DNA of 47,910 nucleotides, from the IMG/VR virus record IMGVR_UViG_3300023084_000034, positions 1 through 47,910 of that record. One strand, given 5' to 3'. Made by a program: the position numbers and the translations under genes. The DNA is from a virus (taxonomy: Duplodnaviria > Caudoviricetes). Under the pieces are notes generated by a model. That model was not told where the DNA came from. It searched no databases and was given only the letters and a program-made list of their open reading frames with translations. The stretch's first letter is position 1. Each line of letters starts with the position of its first letter. This document shows, one piece after another, positions 38,113-47,294 of this stretch.

Positions 38113-41100
38113 CTATTCGTAAAATAACCCAAGAATCTGATTAAGAGGTGCGAAGGTTCCAGTTAGTTTGAAAGTTTTTCCACCATATACGAATACAATT
38201 CCCTCATTTGGTACAATTTTATCTTTCCCACCAATTGCGTTTAATCGTTCTAACTCTAATTTAAGTTTAGTAATCTTTTTTGGGTCACCTGATTTTCTTA
38301 CATCTTTAATAGTTTGGTCTAACCTTTTCTTCATATCCCTAACTGCTTTATCAGGATTTGCTGCAAGTACTGAACTCATAAAGGATAAGATGTCTGCACC
38401 GATACCTAAGAAGATATCTTCGAATGGTCTGATGTTATCCTTAGCCATCTTAGCATGGTCATTCTTATCAATTCCCTTTGCCCACTCTAAGGTTTTTTCA
38501 TCAGGTAAATTCTTCTTATCTAATCTGAATGATTTATCATAGAATGCCCATCTCTTCACCAATCCCATTAGAGTTCTATTATCTAATTTAGATGGTGATT
38601 TTTTAGTTACGAAATCCATCCAAAATGCCTGATGATAATCTGCTATTCCATCAGTATCCTTCAACTTAAACTTAGATTGAAGTTTTGATATCTGTGAGTT
38701 ATACTTTCCTTTTAATTTTGCTAAATCTTTCGATTTAGGTAATTCATTGATTGGAGGTCCTTGGATTGTGTATGCCGATTGTACATCTGCGTTTACTTGT
38801 TTAATCATTCCTGCGAGTATTTTTGCCGCTTCCTGATTTTCTCCAATGGCGATTCCTTCCTCGTTATATTCCATAGTCCCATGAAATACAAGTAGTGCTT
38901 GACCATAAGGTATTACATTAACAGAAGTTGGATAGATAACTTCTAAATTCATAAAACATGCTCCACCTTTGAAGATTTTCTCTCTTTGTTTCTCCGAAAG
39001 TTTTGAAATAGCTTGGGTTAAATCTTTCATTGCGAAGTTGTATGCCTTTTCCAATTCTCCTCTACCCGCAAACTTCATTGCTACACCATTGATATCTAAA
39101 GCATTTTCCCCTTTGTTTTTCAAATGTCCTTTGTTTCTTGCTGCAACTAATCTTCCATCTCTCCAACTAACTGCTAATGCTTGTCCATCGGTCTTTTCTC
39201 TTGCTAATTCCAAGTTCCCTTCTAAAGCACGATTTACAATATCTTTTAATTGTCCAAAAGTTAAATTGATTTCGGTATCAAATGGGTGATTCATATGTCC
39301 ATACGCACCTCCTTCCAAAATCAATGATTCAGTAATACCACCACCTAATGCAGGTTCGTAGTATTTCTCTTTTGGTTCTTTATTAAATTTCTTTCTTAAT
39401 TTCTTTAAGTCTTTTTCATGGTCATCTATCCATTTTTGGTCTGGATATCCATGTGGAGCAATTTCATCCAATTCATCATCTCCTAAACTTTCTCTATCTG
39501 GTGTTGATTGTATGTTACTCTTAAACATCACATATTCAGAAAGTGAACCATATTTAATAATTAACTCACCTAACACTTCCAATCTACCCATCTCTTCTTG
39601 AAATTCAATATCATCCATATTGAAATTAATCTTTGAGTGAGTTTCTTCAAATTCTTTTTTGGCAGACTCTAAATCAAAGTTTCCATTTGCAGCCTTTTCA
39701 TAGTATGGAAGTTTTACATTAAAGTGATGATGTGTCAATAATGAATCACCCCCCTTTTCTTTTGCAGTATTAGATATTTTTTCAGCACCATCACCTCTAC
39801 CATCTGCAAAATTATTGAACTTACTTGAATCAATATTTTCTTTAATAATTTTATCTTTTGCCAATAAGTGAACTAACTCAGCACCAATATAATCAGGACT
39901 TTCTCCTCTATGCCACTTTCCATGGTCTTTCATATATTTATCTGATAAGAATTCAATCTTATCTTCATAATCCATTTTATTGATTTTTGCTCTATTTTTA
40001 TATGCCCACTTTTTGAAATCCATATAGAAAAAACTATTTACTTCTTCTTCAATAGTAGCAAGTTTGGTATAGTATTTTGGGTCTTCATAAAGATGGTCTA
40101 ATGCGATTTTTTCTGCAACACTCTTATCAGAAGTGTGTTCCATTTCTACATTAATACCCATTTGTAATTCCTTATCTAAATCATCAATATCTACCTTGTG
40201 CATATTTGCAATATCGTAAATATCCATTCCCTTTGCTAATTGTTCGAATTTATATTCAGGAGAAGAAGTTTTGAAATCATCTTTTCTCATTACCGTTTTA
40301 GCAATTACTTTATTTGCCTGCTTCATAAACGGAATATTGATTTTACTTCTATTATCTTTTGCTACAATTTGTCCATATAAGTTAAGGAAATTAACAAATT
40401 CTTTTTTCTTCTTTCCCAATCTTTTGAAAAATCCGATTAGTTCTGCTGATGATATTGGTTTCTTATTTCTTGGGTCGGTTAATCTATCGAAGAAATGTTT
40501 ATCAGTTAAAACCACATCAACTGGATTAAGTTGTTTATCTGCGTATTGGTCAATCTTAACCAAATCTGCCATTGGGATTTCATTGATTGTTCCCTCTTTT
40601 AAGATTCTAAAGTTTACAACCTTTCTACCATTAATTGTTGGCATACCATACTCATCTTTACCAATTGATTTAACAACCGTCTTTTTGTTTTTGAATCTAC
40701 CTGTTAGAATTGTATCACCTACATTTACTGGAAGATTGATATCCTCATTTATGTTTTGAGATTTTTTCCATTGTTCTAATGCTGGTAGATTATATTGTTT
40801 TGATTGGTTATCAAATCCACAATTGTGGCATAGATATTTTTCGGTATCATTAATATCAATTTCCCAACTATGACTACATTTTTCACAATTAATAGTTGTA
40901 TCTATATTTGTGGTCTTATATGTTTCATGTAGTGATTTCCCAACTTCCCCCTTTTCTTTATTCAAATCTTTTAATGATTCTTCTCTATCATCTTCTAATT
41001 CAATAAAGTCAACAAGTGAATAACCAACTAATCCAGCAACTCGTGTTACATGCTTGAACCATTTATTGTATGCGTTAGAACCATAGAAATCTTTTTGGTT

Positions 41101-42000
41101 AGTTGCAGTTGTTTTACCTGCAACACCTGCGGGGTATGGGGTTACTGCCTTTACAGGTCCATCAGGATAAATTGGATGTGGGTCAATATCGGTAAGTTCA
41201 TCACTCATAATTTGAGATAAAACACTATATCCTATTTCTTCTGCTCTCTTTTGAGAAACTTTATCAAATGTTGAATATGATGGGAATAAAAAGTTTGGAC
41301 CATCATCTACTGCGGTTTTACCCATAGTTGATGATGCTTCTTTGATTAAATCAAGATTTTGAACTAACCAATTTTCTACCACCTCTTTTGGAATAGTAAA
41401 TTCTTCATTTAATGTATTGGTTATAAAATCAAATACTTTTTTATCAAACTTTGGATATGCTCGTTTGGTAAAGAAATCCTTTTTATCTTCATCTGAACCT
41501 GATGATAATCCTTTACGAACTTCGGTTCCACTAATTGGATTAGATTGTTGAGGTGCAATATAAACATACCCCTTACCTTCATATCCTTCAAAATCTAAGT
41601 TATCTTTATAAGGTGTAAAGTATTTACCACCCAATCTACTTGCATCTTTTTTACCTACAACAGTAATGAATGCCGTTGTATCTTTGTCAAACTTATTTAG
41701 TACTTCTTTTGGTGCGTAAGGATTTTTAACTTGAACGATTTTGTTTTGTGGAATTCCAAACATCTTAGTAATAATCATCACCTTCTCTTTGAAGTTGAAA
41801 GGTGATTTATCATTATCGGTTTTATTAGATGTACCGATATAAACATTGTCCTTTCCGAACTTTTTTACTAAATGTTGGTAGGTTGCATAATGACCCTTAT
41901 GAAAAGGTTGAAAGCGACCAGAGTAAACCACAACTTTGTTGTCTACACTGTCCGCTTCCCCTAATATACTCTCTACTAAGAATTGAGATAGTTCGTTCAT
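38113..42000 (-). CDS. Mosaic protein (1295 aa): HxGH (cytidylyltransferase-like) nucleotidyltransferase, Zn ribbon, DUF5661-like module, C-terminal KxDG ligase-like domain
   Basis: SGRFQPFHKGH and ISGTEVR; CEKC...CHNC; ELQMGINVEMEHT...IALDHLYEDPKYYTKL; EKTDG...LEVI...EGIVF...FKLTG. Confidence 0.8.
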   Translation of the reverse strand: MNELSQFLVESILGEADSVDNKVVVYSGRFQPFHKGHYATYQHLVKKFGKDNVYIGTSNKTDNDKSPFNFKEKVMIITKMFGIPQNKIVQVKNPYAPKEVLNKFDKDTTAFITVVGKKDASRLGGKYFTPYKDNLDFEGYEGKGYVYIAPQQSNPISGTEVRKGLSSGSDEDKKDFFTKRAYPKFDKKVFDFITNTLNEEFTIPKEVVENWLVQNLDLIKEASSTMGKTAVDDGPNFLFPSYSTFDKVSQKRAEEIGYSVLSQIMSDELTDIDPHPIYPDGPVKAVTPYPAGVAGKTTATNQKDFYGSNAYNKWFKHVTRVAGLVGYSLVDFIELEDDREESLKDLNKEKGEVGKSLHETYKTTNIDTTINCEKCSHSWEIDINDTEKYLCHNCGFDNQSKQYNLPALEQWKKSQNINEDINLPVNVGDTILTGRFKNKKTVVKSIGKDEYGMPTINGRKVVNFRILKEGTINEIPMADLVKIDQYADKQLNPVDVVLTDKHFFDRLTDPRNKKPISSAELIGFFKRLGKKKKEFVNFLNLYGQIVAKDNRSKINIPFMKQANKVIAKTVMRKDDFKTSSPEYKFEQLAKGMDIYDIANMHKVDIDDLDKELQMGINVEMEHTSDKSVAEKIALDHLYEDPKYYTKLATIEEEVNSFFYMDFKKWAYKNRAKINKMDYEDKIEFLSDKYMKDHGKWHRGESPDYIGAELVHLLAKDKIIKENIDSSKFNNFADGRGDGAEKISNTAKEKGGDSLLTHHHFNVKLPYYEKAANGNFDLESAKKEFEETHSKINFNMDDIEFQEEMGRLEVLGELIIKYGSLSEYVMFKSNIQSTPDRESLGDDELDEIAPHGYPDQKWIDDHEKDLKKLRKKFNKEPKEKYYEPALGGGITESLILEGGAYGHMNHPFDTEINLTFGQLKDIVNRALEGNLELAREKTDGQALAVSWRDGRLVAARNKGHLKNKGENALDINGVAMKFAGRGELEKAYNFAMKDLTQAISKLSEKQREKIFKGGACFMNLEVIYPTSVNVIPYGQALLVFHGTMEYNEEGIAIGENQEAAKILAGMIKQVNADVQSAYTIQGPPINELPKSKDLAKLKGKYNSQISKLQSKFKLKDTDGIADYHQAFWMDFVTKKSPSKLDNRTLMGLVKRWAFYDKSFRLDKKNLPDEKTLEWAKGIDKNDHAKMAKDNIRPFEDIFLGIGADILSFMSSVLAANPDKAVRDMKKRLDQTIKDVRKSGDPKKITKLKLELERLNAIGGKDKIVPNEGIVFVYGGKTFKLTGTFAPLNQILGLFYE

Positions 42001-42027
42001 TATAATAGTACTATTGTGTTTGTACTA

Positions 42028-42036
42028 TATAAATAT
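42028..42036 (-). promoter_or_regulatory. Putative late-promoter motif ATATTTATA
   Basis: Recurrent motif about 28 nt upstream of the ATG at 42000. Confidence 0.6.
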
Positions 42037-42042
42037 ACGATT

Positions 42043-42411
42043 TTATTCTTTTGGTAATTCTTCTGCAGGAATCTCTTGTTGAGATTGTTGATTTTTAATC
42101 TGCTCTAAAATAGCAGGATTATAAGTAATAGTACCTTTCTGTAAGTCTAATTGACCTCTTGGGTATTCCTTCTCAAGGACTGCAACCATTTTTCTCATTT
42201 CTTCGTTTTCTGATTTGAAGTCACTCTCAAGTTTTTCTCTATCACTATGTAACAATTCCAATTCTTCATTTAATTCCTTCTCACGAATATACAATTGACC
42301 AAAAGAACTAACCATTTGATTTAGTGTATTGTTCTTTTCTACAATAGGATTAACAACACCCTCATCTAAGGTTACCGTTACCAATTCAATTTGTTTTGTT
42401 TCTTGTGCCAT
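42043..42411 (-). CDS. Small coiled-coil protein, paralogue of 46987-47259
   Basis: FGQLYI...LEKEYPRGQLDLQKGTITY. Confidence 0.75.
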   Translation of the reverse strand: MAQETKQIELVTVTLDEGVVNPIVEKNNTLNQMVSSFGQLYIREKELNEELELLHSDREKLESDFKSENEEMRKMVAVLEKEYPRGQLDLQKGTITYNPAILEQIKNQQSQQEIPAEELPKE

Positions 42412-42449
42412 ATGACTATAAATTAATTAATTGTTTTTGAATATTCATA

Positions 42450-42458
42450 TATAAATAT
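42450..42458 (-). promoter_or_regulatory. Putative late-promoter motif ATATTTATA
   Basis: Recurrent motif upstream of the ATG at 42411. Confidence 0.6.
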
Positions 42459-42463
42459 ATAAA

Positions 42464-43216
42464 CTATAAATTTTCGTAATCTATTGTTGTTACACCTCTC
42501 TTTTGTACAACTTGTGTTGAACAACGATTACCAAACTGTATTGATTTTGAAACATCTTCGGAATCTAAGAACTCTTTCACAAATCCTGCTACAAAAGTAT
42601 CACCTGCTCCTGAGATGTCCATTATCTCTACTTTTTCAGTTGGATATGATGTACCCTTGTACATACACCCATCTTTATCTAATGTAATTATTAACTTTTC
42701 TAAAATCCAATCGTTTTCTTCAATAAATTTTTTATTATTTTCAAATTCAGTTCGATTGAGTTTTATGAATCGTAAATCCTTACACCAATCACCCAACTTT
42801 TTCTTTGTATCACAAATTACATTTGGGTGTTTGAATCCAATATATGCTATATCTTCTTCGGTCAGAAATCCTTTGTTGTAATCTGAAACTACAACCATTT
42901 GATATTCCCAAAAATCTAACTTAGGTAATCTATCACCTATGTTATCAATATTTTTTTCTTCATCAATTCTTAGAAGTAAAGTGTTTGATGGTTCGTGAAT
43001 GTGTCTTGTCTTTGTGATTGGAGATTGTTGATGTTCAAAATCTACATCAACTCCTAATGCTGTTAAATTACCCATTACATTCATTCCCATTCCACCATTG
43101 TAAACTTCTCTCGTTGGAATAAATACAGGAGCAGGACCTTCGGGTGAAAGTCTTGGTGTATCTCCATAAATGAAGATATCATCACATTGTTCTCCTATTA
43201 ATAATATTCTACTCAT
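42464..43216 (-). CDS. hldA: D-glycero-D-manno-heptose-7-phosphate kinase (HldE/RfaE kinase domain, PfkB family)
   Basis: RLSPEGPAPV (cf. RISPEAPVPV), ITKTR, LLRIDEE, VSDYNKG and the PfkB signature DISGAGDTF. Confidence 0.85.
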   Translation of the reverse strand: MSRILLIGEQCDDIFIYGDTPRLSPEGPAPVFIPTREVYNGGMGMNVMGNLTALGVDVDFEHQQSPITKTRHIHEPSNTLLLRIDEEKNIDNIGDRLPKLDFWEYQMVVVSDYNKGFLTEEDIAYIGFKHPNVICDTKKKLGDWCKDLRFIKLNRTEFENNKKFIEENDWILEKLIITLDKDGCMYKGTSYPTEKVEIMDISGAGDTFVAGFVKEFLDSEDVSKSIQFGNRCSTQVVQKRGVTTIDYENL

Positions 43217-43598
43217 TACTTAATATCTTTGTAGTACTAAAATTTTCTATTCTATTAAAGTACACAATTGACTTAGCATATTGACCACCAACGATTGGTT
43301 TATCTTTATAATCAGAACCAATTACAAATACATCAGGTTCAAATGTTTTTATCAATTCTTCTAACATTTCAGGTGAATCAAAAATTACAACTCGTTTAAC
43401 ACCCTTTACTCTTTCTAAGTTATACTTTCTTTCTTCTTGAGTATGAAAGGGTCTATCATCACCTTTAAGTTCTTTAACTCGTTTATCGGAATCTATACCC
43501 ACAATAAGTAATTCACCAAATGATGCTGCGTGTTCTAATAACTTAAAATGAGCATGATGTAAAACATCAAAACAACCATTTACCCAAACTTTTTTCAT
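43209..43598 (-). CDS. hldC: Heptose-1-phosphate adenylyltransferase (HldE/RfaE domain II-like)
   Basis: NGCFDVLHHAH, LIVGIDSD.RVKELKGDDRP, GSDY and FSTTKI; overlaps the kinase gene. Confidence 0.8.
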   Translation of the reverse strand: MKKVWVNGCFDVLHHAHFKLLEHAASFGELLIVGIDSDKRVKELKGDDRPFHTQEERKYNLERVKGVKRVVIFDSPEMLEELIKTFEPDVFVIGSDYKDKPIVGGQYAKSIVYFNRIENFSTTKILSNE

Positions 43599-44749
43599 AA
43601 GAACTTTTCTAATTCTTTAATTACTATTTCTGAAGTTATTGATTTGGTACACTCAAATTGTCTTTCAGTTCCCTTGTGGTCAGGACACCAATTCCAATCA
43701 CCTGCGTCTAATCGATATCTATTAAAACAACCCGAACATTTTCCTTGAGGAGCACCGATTCTAACACAATCTTGCATCTCTGCCCATTTTTCAGAGAAAC
43801 CACTAATTAAAACAGTCTTCGTTCCCAATGCCCAAGATAACCAAGAAAGTCCACTACCAATACCAATAAATGCTTTAGACTTTTCCATTTGATTCATTAC
43901 CGATTGTAAAGTTCCTTGTGGGTGTTTCTCTATACCATTTGGATGAGAATTACCCATGTATCCACTTTCTTCTCTTGAAAGTAATTTTACTCGATAACCT
44001 CTACCATTCAACCAATCAACCACATCTTGCCAACCTGTTGGATTATTCCAATATTTTGGTTGAGCAGTTCCATGAAGTGCGATTGTAATTAACTTATCAT
44101 CTTTAACCACATCACCACTTGAGATTTTAGGTTTTAATTCTATATAATCTAATCCCAAAATATCACTACCCATTTTTTGTAGTGGTTGTTCTAAAAAGTT
44201 ATTTGGATTTAATAAGGGGTTTGGATTATTATGTTCGGTATAATAAATTCCTAACTTGTACATAGCATATAAATTATGTACGGTTGAACCAGGATTTACA
44301 AATTCAAGTTCAGGATAGTATTCCTCAAACATATGATTATGAAAAGTAGATACTGTTAACTTACAATTATGTTTTTGTCTGAAAGTTTCTATATATGGAA
44401 ACCATGCTAAAGTATCACCAAGTGCTTTTGAATCAAAGGCAATGAATACTCTTTTATTTTCTAAATTTAAGTTATGAGTATAAACTAATTCATCTTCTTT
44501 ATAAACATCAATTCTCCAATCTATAAAATATTCAAAATTTGATTTTGCCCAATGACCAGGTTTTAGTTTGTTTTCATATAAAACTTGTTCAGTTTTTTGG
44601 TTTACAAATTTTACCAAGTATTCGTTATCACTACTACCAACAACTTCTGCGTATGGACCATTAACAAAATGAATGTTAAATGTATCACCATCTACACTTG
44701 GAATTTCTTTGATATTATTTTTGTTTATTTTTATGTTATCGTAAATCAT
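43595..44749 (-). CDS. aah/tibC: Protein O-heptosyltransferase of the Aah/TibC (BAHT) family
   Basis: ALGDTLAWFPY (catalytic Asp region), KYWNNPTGW, FIGIGSGLSWLSWA, VLISGFS, and the four-Cys iron-finger motif CSGCFN...WCPDHKGTERQFECTKSIT. Confidence 0.85.
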   Translation of the reverse strand: MIYDNIKINKNNIKEIPSVDGDTFNIHFVNGPYAEVVGSSDNEYLVKFVNQKTEQVLYENKLKPGHWAKSNFEYFIDWRIDVYKEDELVYTHNLNLENKRVFIAFDSKALGDTLAWFPYIETFRQKHNCKLTVSTFHNHMFEEYYPELEFVNPGSTVHNLYAMYKLGIYYTEHNNPNPLLNPNNFLEQPLQKMGSDILGLDYIELKPKISSGDVVKDDKLITIALHGTAQPKYWNNPTGWQDVVDWLNGRGYRVKLLSREESGYMGNSHPNGIEKHPQGTLQSVMNQMEKSKAFIGIGSGLSWLSWALGTKTVLISGFSEKWAEMQDCVRIGAPQGKCSGCFNRYRLDAGDWNWCPDHKGTERQFECTKSITSEIVIKELEKFL

Positions 44750-46915
44750 TTATGACCATTTTTTATCATATAAATCTAAAAGAGAAAACCCATCTGCTTG
44801 AAGTGAGTAAACTTTATTTGTAGTGTATCTTGGTCTTGGGTGTGTATAGAAAACATGATTTAACCAAAGGTCACCAACATCCCATTCACAATCTTTGATT
44901 CTGTCCATCCACCAACCTTTTTCTCTATTTGGTATTAGGTAACAATGAGCAAGGTTTTGATTATGACCAGTCTTAGTAAATAACTCATCTATGGTTTCTT
45001 TATATTGAGAACCATTGTTTGCAAAAGATATAAATGGAACATTATCTCTCTCCGAAATAAAACATGCTTTATGTACAATAGATACAAACTCTTCAAGTCC
45101 TACACTCAAATAACCATCTGCTTCAAACACCAAAGTATAATCAAAGTTATCAGTATCAATTGTTTCTAACGCAGTTCTATGGGCAAGATAACAACCATAA
45201 TGTCTACCAGTAATCCAACCCAATCCCGCACCCGGATAAAGTTCACCGGGTTTATTATCTTTACTTAGATGTTCGGGTCTTCTACAATGTTCTTTTGGTG
45301 GAAACCCATCATAAACCTCGTTGATAATAGGTTCGTAAACCATTCCATATCGTTCCAATTGTTTTAAGGAATTTTGTGATATAGTTTCCCTTAAATCATC
45401 AGGTCTTGTTAATAAGTGTTTAACTTGAATCCTTGGTTTTCTTCTCAAGTATGTATGACCATCAATAGCAATTTGATTATAAAAAAACTGTTCAACTGAT
45501 TTGTTTACTTCACTAAATACATTAAAGTCATCTCCCGCAATAATACCACCTGGTTTTACTTTGTGATACCACAAATCTAAATTTTGTTTTGTAGATTGAT
45601 AATCAGAATCTATCATCATAAAATCAATAGAATCGTTTTCAAATAATTTTACAGAATTTTCTGATGTATCTTTTATAACATTGAATGAATCTTTATTATT
45701 AGAAATTAATGTATTATCTATAAAATCACAATAAACATCACCATCAAAATCTTTTATAATATTTTGTTTTGAAATTTCTTTAGATTCTGAAAAGGTATCA
45801 ATAGTAGTAAAGTTAATATTCTTTTTAGATTCTTTAATTAACTCTGCCATTTTATTTGATGATTTACCCATCCAAGAACCAAGTTCTACAAATGTAGAAT
45901 TATCATCAAATTCCTTAACCATTCTTTTATAAGTTTTCTCATAAGAAAACCAACCAGGTATTTCATTGAATTCTGGTTTAAGTAATTCAATTATTATCTT
46001 TTTTGTTTTTAATAAATCATCATCTATGTAAGTAACCAATGAGTTATCATCGTATGTATCTAAGTAAGTTTCTAACTTTCTAAATATAGATGGTAACCCA
46101 TAACTCAATGCTTCTTTTACTGATAAAGGGTTTAGTTCTAAGTTTGAACTAAAATAAAATAAGTCTGCTGCTTCGTAGAAAGTATTAACATCATTTCGTT
46201 CTCCCCAAACAATACAATTATTTGGTTTGTTATCCATTAGAGGTTTCCAATAATTTTCAAAGTTTCCTGCTTGATTACCAATGAAGTGAAATTTTATTTT
46301 ATATTTTTCTAATTGTCTTGCAATTCTAAAAATTTCTCCTTGGTTTTTTCCTGGTGTGAATAGACCAACCATAATTACATGCTTCCAATCTTTTTCAAAT
46401 CCCAAAGATTCTCTTGCTTCATTTTGGTTTGTAGTCTTTTTTATGATTGGATATTCCCACACATCAGTATCAATACCCAAATGTTCAAACTTTCTTCTAC
46501 TCCATTCTGATACTAAAATATATTTGTCAGCATGAAATCTTATTTCGTTTGGGTCAGTTTTTGAACCATGAGTAGTTACTACAAGTTTATAGTTCCTATC
46601 TTCTTTTCCAAATATTCTTTCTAAAGATGGGTGTGGTAAAAAATGTTCAGGTATTTCTTGGAAATGAATAATATCTGGTTTTTCAGTTTCTATAATAGAT
46701 TCTATTTCAGATTTATCATCACCTAAAGTATGTAGTTTGACTAAATCATTTATTTGATTTTTTTGTACTACAAAAGCATGACCTGAATGGTTATTGACTT
46801 CGATTACTTGTATATCAAAGTCTTTTATAAATTCTTGTATTTGTGTAAGAAGATATTGTGGCATTCCTCCCGTAGAAAGGTGAGGTGCTACATATAATAA
46901 CCTTTTTTTATCCAT
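44750..46915 (-). CDS. Three-domain enzyme: GT4-type glycosyltransferase + class I SAM methyltransferase + GT-A (GT25-like) domain
   Basis: PHLSTGGMPQY, GLFTPGKNQ, ELNPLSVKEALSYG; VELGSWMGKS...KVKPGGIIAGDD; HYGCYLAH...LVFEAD. Start moved from 46948 to the ATG at 46915 (MDKKRLL) because the promoter motif abuts 46948. Confidence 0.8.
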   Translation of the reverse strand: MDKKRLLYVAPHLSTGGMPQYLLTQIQEFIKDFDIQVIEVNNHSGHAFVVQKNQINDLVKLHTLGDDKSEIESIIETEKPDIIHFQEIPEHFLPHPSLERIFGKEDRNYKLVVTTHGSKTDPNEIRFHADKYILVSEWSRRKFEHLGIDTDVWEYPIIKKTTNQNEARESLGFEKDWKHVIMVGLFTPGKNQGEIFRIARQLEKYKIKFHFIGNQAGNFENYWKPLMDNKPNNCIVWGERNDVNTFYEAADLFYFSSNLELNPLSVKEALSYGLPSIFRKLETYLDTYDDNSLVTYIDDDLLKTKKIIIELLKPEFNEIPGWFSYEKTYKRMVKEFDDNSTFVELGSWMGKSSNKMAELIKESKKNINFTTIDTFSESKEISKQNIIKDFDGDVYCDFIDNTLISNNKDSFNVIKDTSENSVKLFENDSIDFMMIDSDYQSTKQNLDLWYHKVKPGGIIAGDDFNVFSEVNKSVEQFFYNQIAIDGHTYLRRKPRIQVKHLLTRPDDLRETISQNSLKQLERYGMVYEPIINEVYDGFPPKEHCRRPEHLSKDNKPGELYPGAGLGWITGRHYGCYLAHRTALETIDTDNFDYTLVFEADGYLSVGLEEFVSIVHKACFISERDNVPFISFANNGSQYKETIDELFTKTGHNQNLAHCYLIPNREKGWWMDRIKDCEWDVGDLWLNHVFYTHPRPRYTTNKVYSLQADGFSLLDLYDKKWS

Positions 46916-46948
46916 AACAAATTTATTTATAGTGTGAATACACCACAA

Positions 46949-46957
46949 TACAAATAT
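46949..46957 (-). promoter_or_regulatory. Putative promoter motif variant ATATTTGTA upstream of the glycosylation cassette
   Basis: One mismatch to the recurrent motif, about 34 nt upstream of the ATG at 46915. Confidence 0.45.
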
Positions 46958-46986
46958 ACGAAAAAATTATTTGAATACCAAATATT

Positions 46987-47259
46987 TTAGAAAATAATTA
47001 TTCCCTTTTCTAAATCAATCTGCCCGTTAGGATATTTCTTATCAATTTCACCAAGTTCGATGTTCATCTCATTAATTGACTTATCTAATCTTAGTCCAAA
47101 TTCTTCTTCTTTTGAATCCAACTCATCAAGACTTTTTTCAAATTGTCTTCTTTGAACTGCAACTTGACCTAAAGCAATTACAAGATTATTTTGTTCATCT
47201 TGAATTCCTTTTAATTTGTCAATTAATTCCTTGTCTAATTGTTCTGTTTTTTGTTCCAT
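46987..47259 (-). CDS. Small coiled-coil protein, paralogue of 42043-42411
   Basis: LGQVAV...IDKKYPNGQIDLEKGIIIF; ATG at 47259 preferred over GTG at 47271. Confidence 0.75.
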   Translation of the reverse strand: MEQKTEQLDKELIDKLKGIQDEQNNLVIALGQVAVQRRQFEKSLDELDSKEEEFGLRLDKSINEMNIELGEIDKKYPNGQIDLEKGIIIF

Positions 47260-47285
47260 ATTAAAATCCACTTTATATATTCATA

Positions 47286-47294
47286 TATAAGTAT
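47286..47294 (-). promoter_or_regulatory. Putative late-promoter motif ATACTTATA
   Basis: Variant of the recurrent motif about 27 nt upstream of the ATG at 47259. Confidence 0.55.

Noticed and set aside
38113-42000. HxGH domain as part of the ADP-heptose pathway
   Set aside because: Its motifs (GRFQPFHKGH, ISGTEVR) differ from the HldC type, it has its own promoter motif, and a dedicated HldC-like gene exists at 43209-43598; substrate left unassigned.
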